Source: Gemmatimonadales bacterium | GTDB lineage: Bacteria > Gemmatimonadota > Gemmatimonadetes > Gemmatimonadales > GWC2-71-9 | Reading direction: 5' to 3' | DNA: 64,000 nt | Assembly (NCBI GenBank): GCA_036003865.1 | Contig: DASYRZ010000158.1 | Span: 29,175 to 93,174, forward strand | Shown here: one piece after another, positions 1 to 10,535 of the stretch | Layout: each line of letters starts with the position of its first letter | How positions within the stretch are numbered: position 1 is the stretch's first letter | Notes under the pieces: model-generated | Databases searched by the model: none | The model's input: only the letters and a program-made list of their open reading frames with translations | Told to the model about the DNA's origin: nothing | Position numbers and translations under genes: made by a program

Positions 1-1
1 G

Positions 2-1201
2 CTAGACAACGCGTTCGACGGCGTGGAAGCGGTCGGACGAGACTTCACATATCGGGTGCGATTCCCCGATGCCGGGATCTACTGGTATCACCCGCACATC
101 CGCGAAGACATCGGCCAGGAGCTTGGCCTGTACGGCAACCTGCTGGTGCGGACCGATTACGGCCCGGTGAATCGCGAGGAAGTCTTGATGCTCGACGATC
201 TTCTCGTTGGCGAGTCGGGACTCATTCCGCTCGGCAGGGATTCGCCGACGCACGCGCTCATGGGGCGGTTCGGCAATCTGTTCCTCGTGAACGGGGAGCC
301 TAACTATCGGCTGAACGTCCAGCGCGGCGAAGTCGTGCGGTTCTATCTCACCAACGCGTCGAACACGCGCACGCTCAACCTCTCATTTCCGGGCGCGCGC
401 ATGAAGCTCGTGGCGACGGATGCGGGACCGTTCGAGCGCGAAGCGTGGGTCGAGAGCGTCGTGATCGCCCCCGCCGAGCGCTACGTCGTGGATGTGCGCT
501 TCTACCGGCCCGGAGAGGTCGCGCTGGTGAACAAGGTCATCGGGCTCGACCATCTCTTCGGTCGCTTCTTCCCGATCGTGGATACCTTCGGCGTCGTCAC
601 TGTGGATCCGCAACGCGTGAATCGCGACCTGGGCGCCTCCTTCACCAACCTTCACCGTCCTGCACCGACCTCCACCAACACCCTCGGTACATTCCGGCGT
701 TTTCTCGACAAGGCGCCCGACCAGACCCTCGTCCTCACACTCGAGACGCACGGCCTTCCATACATCACGGAGCGTCTGATGCAGCTGGACTCGATCTACT
801 TCGCGCCGGTCGAGTGGGGCGGCACGATGCCGATGATGAACTGGGCGTCGACGGGCCGGCAGGTCCGCTGGGTGCTGAAGGACCCGGCGACCGGCCGCGA
901 GAACATGGACATTCACTGGCGCTTCAGGCGGGGCGAGCCGGCCAAGATCCGCCTGGTCAACGAGCGGCGCGCGTTTCACGGCATGCAACATCCGATTCAC
1001 CTGCACGGCCAGCGCTTCCTGGTGCTGGCGGTGAATGGAGTGCCGAACGACAACCTGGCGTGGAAGGACACCGTGCTGGTGCCTGCCGGTGCGGTGGTGG
1101 ATATTCTGCTCGATACGGCAAATCCCGGCGACTGGATGCTCCATTGCCACATCGCCGAGCATCTCTCGACCGGGATGATGACGCATTTCACAGTGAATTA
1201 G
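2..1201 (+). CDS. multicopper oxidase family protein (5' end cut by window edge)
   Basis: Frame is open from nt 2. Copper-ligand motifs HPIHLHG and HCHIAEHLSTGMM near the C-terminus. Confidence 0.8.
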   Translation, partial: LDNAFDGVEAVGRDFTYRVRFPDAGIYWYHPHIREDIGQELGLYGNLLVRTDYGPVNREEVLMLDDLLVGESGLIPLGRDSPTHALMGRFGNLFLVNGEPNYRLNVQRGEVVRFYLTNASNTRTLNLSFPGARMKLVATDAGPFEREAWVESVVIAPAERYVVDVRFYRPGEVALVNKVIGLDHLFGRFFPIVDTFGVVTVDPQRVNRDLGASFTNLHRPAPTSTNTLGTFRRFLDKAPDQTLVLTLETHGLPYITERLMQLDSIYFAPVEWGGTMPMMNWASTGRQVRWVLKDPATGRENMDIHWRFRRGEPAKIRLVNERRAFHGMQHPIHLHGQRFLVLAVNGVPNDNLAWKDTVLVPAGAVVDILLDTANPGDWMLHCHIAEHLSTGMMTHFTVN

Positions 1202-1211
1202 CGAGGCGCCT

Positions 1212-2612
1212 ATGCACGTGATTCCCTTGCTCCTAGCGCTCATTGCACAACGGCCAGACTCCTTCGCGGCCGGTGTGCGTGAGTACATCGCCGTCGACAC
1301 CTCCCTTGTCGCGTTGACTCATGTCCTGCTCGTCGATGGCACCGGCGCCGCCCCGAAGCGCGATCAGACGGTCGTGATTCGCGCCGGGAAGATCGCCGCG
1401 GTGGGACCCGCCGGCACGGTCCAGATCCCCGCGGGCGCGCGGGTGATGGATATGAACGGGTCGACGGTGATTCCCGGCATCATCGGGATGCACGACCATC
1501 TCTTCTACACGGCCGCCGGCGGCCGCGCCGTGCAAATGGGCTACACGGGCCCGCGCCTCTACCTCGGCTCCGGCGTGACGACGATTCGCACGACGGGGAG
1601 TCGCGCGCCGTATGCCGAGATCAACTTGAAGGACGCGATCGATCACGGCTTTGTGCCGGGACCACGGATTCACCTGACCGCGCCGTACATCACGGGCGAG
1701 CAGGGCGGCGGCGCCATGGCGATCCTGAATTCTCCCGAGGCCGCGCGCCGGTTCGTCGATTACTGGGCGTCGGAGGGCGCGACTTGGATCAAGGCGTACA
1801 CCGACATTCGCCGCGCGGAGCTGGGCGCCGCGATTCAGGAGGCCCACCGGCGCGGCATCAAGGTCACGGGCCATCTCTGCTCGGTGAGCTTCCAGGAAGC
1901 GGTGGCCCTCGGCATCGACAACCTCGAGCACGGAATGCTCACCGCCTCCGATTTCACGACGGGGAAGCAGGCCGACGTCTGCCCCGTGAATCTGATGACG
2001 CAGATCAGCGGGTCCGACCCCAAGGGGGATGCGGGACAGGCGACGATTCGGTCGCTCGTCCAGCATCACGTGTCCATGACGTCGACGCTCGCCGTGTACG
2101 AGCCGTTCGTGGCGAATCGTCCGACAAAAGACGAGCGCACCCTCCAGGCGATGGATCCCGAGGTGCGCGACAGCTATCTGAAGCAGCGCGCGCAGATCGA
2201 TTCGAGCGGCACCGGTTGGGTCTCGCCGCAGGCGTTCAAGAACGCGATGGCGTTCGAGCGCGCCTTCGTGGACGCGGGAGGATTGCTGGCGGCTGGCGTC
2301 GATCCCACCGGCATCGGGGGAGCCCTCGCGGGGTTCGGTGATCAACGCAACTACGAGCTGTTCATCGAGGCGGGCTTCACGCCGGCCCAGGCGATCCAGA
2401 TCATGACCGCGAACGGCGCGAAGATTCTCGGCGTGGCGCAGACGCTCGGGACCGTCGAGCAGGGGAAGCTCGCCGACCTCGTCGTCCTGCGCGGCGACCT
2501 CACCGCCGATCCGTCGGTGATTCGCAGCCCCACGATTGTGTTTAAGGACGGGGTCGGCTACGATTCTGCGAAGTTGATCGCCTCAGTGCAGGGCAGGGTG
2601 GGCGTCAACTGA
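1212..2612 (+). CDS. amidohydrolase family protein, probably secreted
   Basis: 466 aa ORF. Hydrophobic N-terminus. Metal-binding GMHDHLF motif and overall amidohydrolase/imidazolonepropionase-like layout. Confidence 0.75.
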   Translation: MHVIPLLLALIAQRPDSFAAGVREYIAVDTSLVALTHVLLVDGTGAAPKRDQTVVIRAGKIAAVGPAGTVQIPAGARVMDMNGSTVIPGIIGMHDHLFYTAAGGRAVQMGYTGPRLYLGSGVTTIRTTGSRAPYAEINLKDAIDHGFVPGPRIHLTAPYITGEQGGGAMAILNSPEAARRFVDYWASEGATWIKAYTDIRRAELGAAIQEAHRRGIKVTGHLCSVSFQEAVALGIDNLEHGMLTASDFTTGKQADVCPVNLMTQISGSDPKGDAGQATIRSLVQHHVSMTSTLAVYEPFVANRPTKDERTLQAMDPEVRDSYLKQRAQIDSSGTGWVSPQAFKNAMAFERAFVDAGGLLAAGVDPTGIGGALAGFGDQRNYELFIEAGFTPAQAIQIMTANGAKILGVAQTLGTVEQGKLADLVVLRGDLTADPSVIRSPTIVFKDGVGYDSAKLIASVQGRVGVN

Positions 2613-2624
2613 CACACACGTCGT

Positions 2625-2699
2625 GGCAGGGTAGCTCAGCCTGGTGAGAGCACGGCACTCATAATGCCGGGGTCGTGGGTTCGAATCCCACCCCTGCTA
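2625..2699 (+). tRNA. tRNA with CAT anticodon (elongator Met, or Ile2 if lysidinylated)
   Basis: Hand-folded 75 nt cloverleaf: acceptor GGCAGGG/CCCTGCT (G1-U72 wobble), D arm GCTC..GAGC, anticodon arm CGGCA-CTCATAA-TGCCG, T arm GTGGG-TTCGAAT-CCCAC. Confidence 0.85.
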
Positions 2700-2710
2700 T
2701 TGAACGGCAA

Positions 2711-2944
2711 CGACGGCGGTCAGGCGGTCAAACTGCGAATGCGGCGGTCGATCCATCCTGACCGCCGCATTTGGTTTTTGACCGTCGCCTCGTCCATTGA
2801 CCGCCGCATTTGGTTTTTGACCGTCGCCTCGTCCATTGACCGCCGCATTTGGTTTTTGACCGTCGCCGCGTCCATTGACCGCCGCATTTGGTTCTTGACC
2901 GTCGCCTCGTCCATCGACCGCCGCATCTGCCTCTTGACCGCCGG
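2711..2944. repeat. iteron-like array: 3 inverted plus 10 direct copies of TTGACCG(C/T)CGC (39 bp super-unit, about 19.5 bp sub-period)
   Basis: 39-mer GACCGCCGCATTTGGTTTTTGACCGTCGCCTCGTCCATT repeats at 2759, 2798, 2837 and 2876, with a degenerate copy at 2915. Reverse-complement boxes at 2711-2750. Confidence 0.9.
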
Positions 2945-3011
2945 CGACTCTACCGTCATTTCAATTCGGGTACCAAATTGGGAACCTCATTCACCCCCAA
3001 AGGGGGCCGTC

Positions 3012-3533
3012 ATGACGTTCCGTGTCCTATTGCTGGTTGTCGGAGCCGCGTGTACCGCCGCACTCCCCGCCCGAGCCCAAAAGGGCGGCTCGTTCGAGAT
3101 CGGCGGGTTCGCGGCCTATCTCAACGCCGACAACTCTCTCGCTATCGGCAATGCACTCGGGTTCGGTGGACGGGTGGGCGTGAATGCGCTCCCCTACCTC
3201 TCGCTCGAGGTCGACATCGCTCACGCCTCGAAGGATGGCGCGACCCATCGGCCGCTGCATGTGTGGCTCGTCTACGACGTGCCGCCCGTAAGCCGCGCCG
3301 AAATCTTCGCGGGGATCGGCTACGTGAAGAACACCTACACCGGCAGCTACAAGGCGAATGACAGCGGCATTGCCGGGCAGGTGGGCGTGCGACGGCGGCT
3401 CGGCAAGATGTTCGCCATCCGCCTCGACGGCCACGCGGATTTCATGCCGAGCTCGGCGAACAAGTCGTACCTCGTCAGCTACAACGGCAATTGGGGGGTG
3501 GGGATCGGGTTCAGCGCGTTGTTGAATCGGTAA
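3012..3533 (+). CDS. outer-membrane beta-barrel (OmpA-N/porin-like) protein
   Basis: ATG at 3012 preceded by a GGGGG Shine-Dalgarno. Signal peptide MTFRVLLLVVGAACTAALPARAQ. Alternating beta-strand pattern. The terminal aromatic residue is slightly internal (..GIGFSALLNR). Confidence 0.7.
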   Translation: MTFRVLLLVVGAACTAALPARAQKGGSFEIGGFAAYLNADNSLAIGNALGFGGRVGVNALPYLSLEVDIAHASKDGATHRPLHVWLVYDVPPVSRAEIFAGIGYVKNTYTGSYKANDSGIAGQVGVRRRLGKMFAIRLDGHADFMPSSANKSYLVSYNGNWGVGIGFSALLNR

Positions 3534-3558
3534 TCGAAAACGTGGGAAACGTAGGGTT

Positions 3559-3580
3559 GGGGCGCAGCATGCTGCGCCCC
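3559..3580. terminator. bidirectional hairpin between convergent genes
   Basis: Perfect 22 nt palindrome GGGGCGCAGCATGCTGCGCCCC between the OMP stop (3533) and the minus-strand stop (3599). Confidence 0.55.
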
Positions 3581-3598
3581 TACTCGTTTCCGGCCTGT

Positions 3599-4072
3599 CT
3601 ATCGCCGCCCCGGTGCAGCCGGCGCCGGCGCCGGCATATCCGAGTTGAACATGTCCAACGTCGTGAGCCAGCGTCCGTCGGACTGATAGCGCCGGATCTC
3701 GAGGAATTTCCCGAAATCGGTCGCTCCCGATTCGAAGGTCATCTGGTACGAGCCGCGCACGTACGCCAGGTCCCCACGCCCCTCGATCTCGATGGCCGAC
3801 GCCGTGAAATGCTTGAGCGGTGGAAACTCCTTGATGAACGCGCGAATCGCGGCGCGGCCCTTGACGGGCGCGTGGTTGGGCGGCATCAACGTCGCAGTCT
3901 CCGTGTACTGGCCCGCGGCGAGCGAGTCGCGGTGCGTGACCACGTAGGCGGCGAAACTATCGGTCGTGGCTCGCATCAGGGTCCGTTCGCTGTCCATCAG
4001 GGTTTGCGAGACCGGGCTCGCGTTGCAGGCGATGGCGACGACTGCCAGGAAACCTCCGAGCATGGCGCGCAT
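3599..4072 (-). CDS. SnoaL/DUF4440-like (NTF2 fold) secreted protein
   Basis: Start chosen at MRAMLGGFLAVVAIAC with a GGAGG SD upstream. The longer ORF-track version (to 4321) overlaps the next gene. Confidence 0.6.
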   Translation of the reverse strand: MRAMLGGFLAVVAIACNASPVSQTLMDSERTLMRATTDSFAAYVVTHRDSLAAGQYTETATLMPPNHAPVKGRAAIRAFIKEFPPLKHFTASAIEIEGRGDLAYVRGSYQMTFESGATDFGKFLEIRRYQSDGRWLTTLDMFNSDMPAPAPAAPGRR

Positions 4073-4074
4073 GG

Positions 4075-4659
4075 CTACCTCCGTTTCCAAACAACGGGTT
4101 TGATTTCCCGCGACCGCGCTTCCGCGAATCCTTGTGCCTCCTTGAGCTTGGCTTCGTACTCCGTCCGCCACTCCGCAGGCATGTTCGTGCGGAAGTAGCT
4201 CGCTGTCAGCAGCTCGCCGCGCGGCTCGACGCTCCCGACCTCCACGACATCGCCCAGGAACAGCGTCGAGCTGCCGGTATCCATCACGTTGGCGACGTGG
4301 CACTCGAAATGTGCGAAGCACTCGTTCAGCACTGGGACGCCCGTCTTTCCTTTATGGTGCGGAATCCCCGCCAGCTTGTCCTGGTCTCGACCGCTGAAAA
4401 ACCCGAGACGTCGCACCACGTCGAATTGCTTCGTGTGCAGCAGGTGGAGGGCGAAGCGCCCCGTCTGGAAAACCATGTCATGACTGTAATTGAACTTGTG
4501 GATGTAGACCGACAGCCGCGGCACCGTCGGCACGATCGATGCGCGGACCGCGGCATCGGAGATCATCCCGTTCTCCTTGCCGTTGCGCTCCGCCGTGATC
4601 GCGACGACCGGCGAGGTCAGGTTGCGCAGGAGTTGGTACGTGAGGCCGGGCTCAAGCAT
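4075..4659 (-). CDS. flavin reductase-like FMN-binding protein
   Basis: 194 aa; layout of the flavin reductase split-barrel family (SPVVAITAERNGKENGM...). Confidence 0.7.
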   Translation of the reverse strand: MLEPGLTYQLLRNLTSPVVAITAERNGKENGMISDAAVRASIVPTVPRLSVYIHKFNYSHDMVFQTGRFALHLLHTKQFDVVRRLGFFSGRDQDKLAGIPHHKGKTGVPVLNECFAHFECHVANVMDTGSSTLFLGDVVEVGSVEPRGELLTASYFRTNMPAEWRTEYEAKLKEAQGFAEARSREIKPVVWKRR

Positions 4660-4671
4660 ACTTCAAGATAT

Positions 4672-6027
4672 ATGTCCATCGTTTCGTCGCTGCAGACGCA
4701 GGTGCACGCGCACATCAGGGCGGCAGCGCTGTTTCGTGAGCCCGGGGAGGCACTCGTTGCGGTCTCGGGGGGCCCGGACTCGGTCGCATTGCTCGATGTG
4801 CTCAACGCGCTTGCGAAAGATCTCGAGCTCCAGCTCGTGGTCGCACATGTCGATCACGGCATTCATGCGGAGAGCGGGAAGGTCGCGGCAGCGGTACGAG
4901 ACCTCGCGCTGCGTTACGCATTGCCATTCGAGCTGGGAGAGTTGCGTCTCGGTCCCGACGCGACCGAAACGGAGGCGCGCGCTGCCCGCTATGAGTGGTT
5001 GCGCGACGTCCAGCGACGCCGCGGTGCGAAGTACCTCGTCACCGCGCATCACGAGGACGATCAGCTCGAAACGATCGTGCTGCGCGCGCTGCGTGGCAGC
5101 GCGACCGCAGGTTTGGCCGGGATTCCCCGGCGCGCGCGCGGCGGGCTGGTCCGGCCGCTCCTGCCGTTCACCCGTCGCGACCTGCTCGCGTATATCGCCG
5201 AACGCGGGCTTCCCGTCCACGACGATCCCGCCAACCGCGATCCGCGCCATCTGCGCTCGTGGGTCCGCACGACGCTCCTGCCGTTACTGACCGAGCGGCT
5301 CGGCCCGCGATTACGGAGTGACCTGCTCGCGCAGGCGCGGCACGCGGCGAGCGATCGCCGCGCGTGGGACGAAATTCTGGATCTCGTCCCGGCATTAGCG
5401 TTTACGGTGGACAGCAACGGCTTTACCGTTGCCCGCGAAGTGCTGGGGGGCTATGATAACGCATTGTCTGTCGCGCTCTTGCGTAGCGCGGCCCGCAGAG
5501 TGGGACTGGTACTCGGCCCGGCGCGTGCTCGCCGCCTGGTGGCGCTGGCAAAGCGCCCATCGGGCCGGCGCCTGTCCCTTGGTGGCGGCTGGTCGGCCGA
5601 AGTGGCGTTCGATCGGTTGCGAGTCGGTCGCGTGCCGGCGGGTGACGTCGAATGCGTGCTGGAGCACGTATACCCGGCGGGGGAGCGGGGCTCGGCCCTG
5701 TTTGGCGAGTTCGCGATCACCTGGTCGCCGGCGGCGGCCCCGGCCCAGATCGAGCGCGCGACGTGGACGACGTGGCTGGACAGTGCGGCGTGGGAGGTAC
5801 GCCGGCCCGCTCGCGGCGATTCGCTGGTGCCGTTGGGCGGCGTAGGGCACAGGCCGGTGCGCCGGTTATTAATGGAAGCACGGGTGCCGCGTAGCGCGCG
5901 GGCGGGTTACCCGGTCGTGTCGAGAGGCGAAACCATTCTCTGGGTCCCGGGCATCTGCCGCAGTGCGGATGGCGTGCCGGCACCCGGAACTCGTGCGGTG
6001 AGGCTGGATGTTATCGAGTATCGCTGA
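4672..6027 (+). CDS. tilS: tRNA(Ile)-lysidine synthase
   Basis: PP-loop VAVSGGPDSVALL. Start taken at ATG 4672 (MSIVSSLQ), because the upstream part of ORF 4132.. is antisense to the flavin reductase gene. Conserved tilS-hpt-ftsH order. Confidence 0.85.
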   Translation: MSIVSSLQTQVHAHIRAAALFREPGEALVAVSGGPDSVALLDVLNALAKDLELQLVVAHVDHGIHAESGKVAAAVRDLALRYALPFELGELRLGPDATETEARAARYEWLRDVQRRRGAKYLVTAHHEDDQLETIVLRALRGSATAGLAGIPRRARGGLVRPLLPFTRRDLLAYIAERGLPVHDDPANRDPRHLRSWVRTTLLPLLTERLGPRLRSDLLAQARHAASDRRAWDEILDLVPALAFTVDSNGFTVAREVLGGYDNALSVALLRSAARRVGLVLGPARARRLVALAKRPSGRRLSLGGGWSAEVAFDRLRVGRVPAGDVECVLEHVYPAGERGSALFGEFAITWSPAAAPAQIERATWTTWLDSAAWEVRRPARGDSLVPLGGVGHRPVRRLLMEARVPRSARAGYPVVSRGETILWVPGICRSADGVPAPGTRAVRLDVIEYR

Positions 6028-6538
6028 GCTGAAGCGCGTCGTGTTTGACGAAGAGACCATTGCCGAGCGGGTGCGGGAGCTGGGACAGGAGATCACCGCA
6101 GCCTACCCCGGCGGCGAGCTCCTCGTGCTCGGGTTGCTCAAAGGCAGCTTCATCTTTCTCAGTGATTTGGTACGGAAGATCGATCGTCCCCTGCAGGTCG
6201 ATTTTCTCGTCGCATCGAGCTACGGCGAAGGAACGGTGTCGAGTGGGAACGTGCGGCTGGTGTATGACCCGGAAACGGAGCTCGCCGGGAAGCACATCCT
6301 GCTGGTGGAAGACATCATCGACACCGGCAAGACGTTGAACAAGCTGGTCGCGCTGCTCCGGCAGCGGCGGCCGCGCAGCCTGGAGATTTGTGCGCTGTTG
6401 CACAAACATGTGGCCGAACACTTGGAGCTGGAGGCGAGATTCCTGGGATTCGACGCCCCGACGCTGTTCCTGGTCGGCTATGGCCTCGATCACGCGGAAA
6501 ACTTCCGGCACCTTCCCTATATAGCGAGTCTGACATAG
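6008..6538 (+). CDS. hpt: hypoxanthine phosphoribosyltransferase
   Basis: PRPP-binding motif ILLVEDIIDTGKTL; 176 aa; sits between tilS and ftsH. Confidence 0.9.
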   Translation: MLSSIAELKRVVFDEETIAERVRELGQEITAAYPGGELLVLGLLKGSFIFLSDLVRKIDRPLQVDFLVASSYGEGTVSSGNVRLVYDPETELAGKHILLVEDIIDTGKTLNKLVALLRQRRPRSLEICALLHKHVAEHLELEARFLGFDAPTLFLVGYGLDHAENFRHLPYIASLT

Positions 6539-8523
<1,985 letters not shown>

Positions 8524-8527
<4 letters not shown>

Positions 8528-9789
8528 GCGCTCCCACCGCAGACCTCTCTAAACTCCGGATCAATCGCGACGACCCGCCGCCCGCGGTCAAGCGGGCGCT
8601 GGGTCGCGTGCTCTGGCTGGTCGCGGCCGCGGTGGTCATCGTCGCCGTTGTCGTGGTGATTGGGCGGCGCGGAGGTGGCGTGCCAGTGCAGGTGGTGACG
8701 GTAGCGACAACAACGGGCGGTACAGGGGCGGTAGGGGGCGGTAGCGGATCGGTTGCCGTTGTCGCGAACGGTTACGTCGTCGCCCGTACGAAAGCTGCTG
8801 TCTCCGCGAAGATTCCCGGGCGGCTCGCCGTCCTGAGCGTCAGCGAAGGATCTGTTGTTCAGAAGGGTCAGATCATCGCGCGGCTCGACAACGCGGACTA
8901 CGCCGCGGCGGTCGGGCAGGCGGAGGCCGGTCTCGCGAGCGCGAAAGCTACGTTGATCGAAGCCCAGTCAGACCGGGACCAGATGCAGCGCGACTACGTG
9001 CGCGTGCGGGACATCCACGCCCAGAATCCCAATCTCGTGTCACCGCAGGACGTCGAGAACGCCGACAGCCGCGCTCGCCAGGCCGACGCGCGCTTCGGCG
9101 CGCAGTCGGCGCGCGTGGATGCCGCCGCTGCGTCGCTGCGCATGGCGCAGGCCAATCTCGAGAACACCTACATCCGCGCGCCGTTCAGCGGCACCGTCCT
9201 GCGGAAGGAAGCCGAGGTCGGCGAGGTGGTCGCGCCGTCGGTCGGCGGCGGGTTGACGCGCGGGGCCGTCGTGACGATGGCCGACCTGGCGACGCTCGAA
9301 GTCGAGGTCGACGTGAACGAAGCCTACATCGCCCGCATTAGCGGCGGGCAGCAGGCGCGCATCACGCTCGACGCGTATCCCGACACCTCGTTCCGCGGCA
9401 CGGTCCGACAGGTGGTGCCGACGGCCGATCGCCAGCGGGCGACGGTGCAGGTGAAGGTGTCGATCGTGGATCGCGATCCGCGCATTCTCACCGAGATGGG
9501 AGCGAAGGTTGAGTTTCTCGAGGCGCCCGCTCGCGCCGCTGCCGGCGCGTCGCCCGAGGTGGCTCGGCGGCGGATCATGGTGCCGGCCGCCGCGGTGCGG
9601 TCCGAGGAGGGGCGTTCCGTCGTCTGGCTCGTCCGCGACGGGAAGTTACAGAAACGTGACGTTGACGCAGGTCCGGTCAGCGGTAGCTTCCGCGAGATTC
9701 GTTCCGGCCTATCGGGTGGAGAGCAGCTGCTGGTTGGTGGCGTCGACAACCCGCGCGACGGTCAGCGCGTAAAGCCGAATAATCAATGA
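8524..9789 (+). CDS. efflux periplasmic adaptor (HlyD/MacA family)
   Basis: N-terminal TM segment, coiled-coil hairpin region, beta-barrel C-terminus. GTGA overlap with the ftsH stop. Confidence 0.85.
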
Positions 9790-9850
9790 TCAATGATCAT
9801 TGATCATTGATCATTGATCATTGATCACTCAACATTCAACATTGGACATT
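9784..9850. repeat. heptamer tandem arrays: 2x CAATGAT + 4x CATTGAT (perfect 26 nt palindrome, six GATC sites), then 2x CAACATT + GGACATT
   Basis: Read directly from the sequence. The array overlaps the adaptor stop codon and fills the AT-rich gap before the ABC ATPase gene. Confidence 0.9.
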
Positions 9851-9857
9851 CTTTAGC

Positions 9858-10535
9858 ATGGCCCTCGTCGAAGTCCGCCACGTCCACAAGTCATTTACGC
9901 GTGATACGCAGACGATCGAGGTGTTCGAGGATCTCACCCTCGACTTCGCGCAGGGCAGCTTCACGGCGCTGATGGGCCCGTCCGGCAGCGGCAAATCCAC
10001 GCTGCTCAACCTGATCGCGGGTCTCGACAAGCCGACCAGCGGCACCATCACGGTAGGTGGCGCGGCCGTGAGCGCGATGAGTCCGTCCGAGCTGGCCGCC
10101 TGGCGCGCGCGGAACATCGGCTTCGTCTTTCAGTCGTTCAACCTGCTGCCGGTGCTCACGGCGTTTCAGAATGTCGAGCTGCCGCTCCTGCTCACGAATC
10201 TGTCGCGCAAGGAGCGCGATGAACGGGTGCGCATCGCGCTCGACGTCGTCGCCCTCTCCGACCGCCTGGACCACTATCCGCGGCAGCTGTCGGGCGGTCA
10301 GGAGCAGCGCGTCGCGATCGCCCGCGCCATTGTCGCCGATCCGACGCTGATTCTGCTCGACGAGCCGACCGGCCAGCTCGATGCCAAGAGCTCGCACGAA
10401 GTCCTGGCGCTGCTCGGCCGGCTGAACAGCGAATTCGGCAAGACCGTACTCATCGTGACCCACGATGCCCACGCCGCCGAGCGCGCGAAGGCGACGTTGC
10501 ACCTCGACAAGGGCGTGCTGGAGAAGGCCGGATGA
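9858..10535 (+). CDS. ABC transporter ATP-binding protein (MacB/LolD type)
   Basis: Walker A GPSGSGKST, signature LSGGQEQRVAIARA, Walker B LILLDEPTG. Confidence 0.92.
   Translation: MALVEVRHVHKSFTRDTQTIEVFEDLTLDFAQGSFTALMGPSGSGKSTLLNLIAGLDKPTSGTITVGGAAVSAMSPSELAAWRARNIGFVFQSFNLLPVLTAFQNVELPLLLTNLSRKERDERVRIALDVVALSDRLDHYPRQLSGGQEQRVAIARAIVADPTLILLDEPTGQLDAKSSHEVLALLGRLNSEFGKTVLIVTHDAHAAERAKATLHLDKGVLEKAG

Noticed and set aside
2759-2944. Possible CRISPR array
   Set aside because: The repeats are directly abutting, with no unique spacers. The unit is a 39 bp tandem. No cas genes are nearby.
2664-3011. N-terminal 116 codons of ORF 2664..3533, including the DRRIWFLTVASSI peptide repeats
   Set aside because: This would begin inside the tRNA and read through the non-coding iteron array. 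A normal signal peptide with an SD begins at 3012.
2625-3600. tRNA-associated genomic island or prophage attachment site
   Set aside because: There is no integrase, no phage genes and no direct repeat of the tRNA 3' end in the window. The flanking genes look like ordinary housekeeping genes.
4132-4671. Upstream 180 codons of the tilS ORF
   Set aside because: This stretch is antisense to the flavin reductase gene. The PP-loop protein begins sensibly at ATG 4672.
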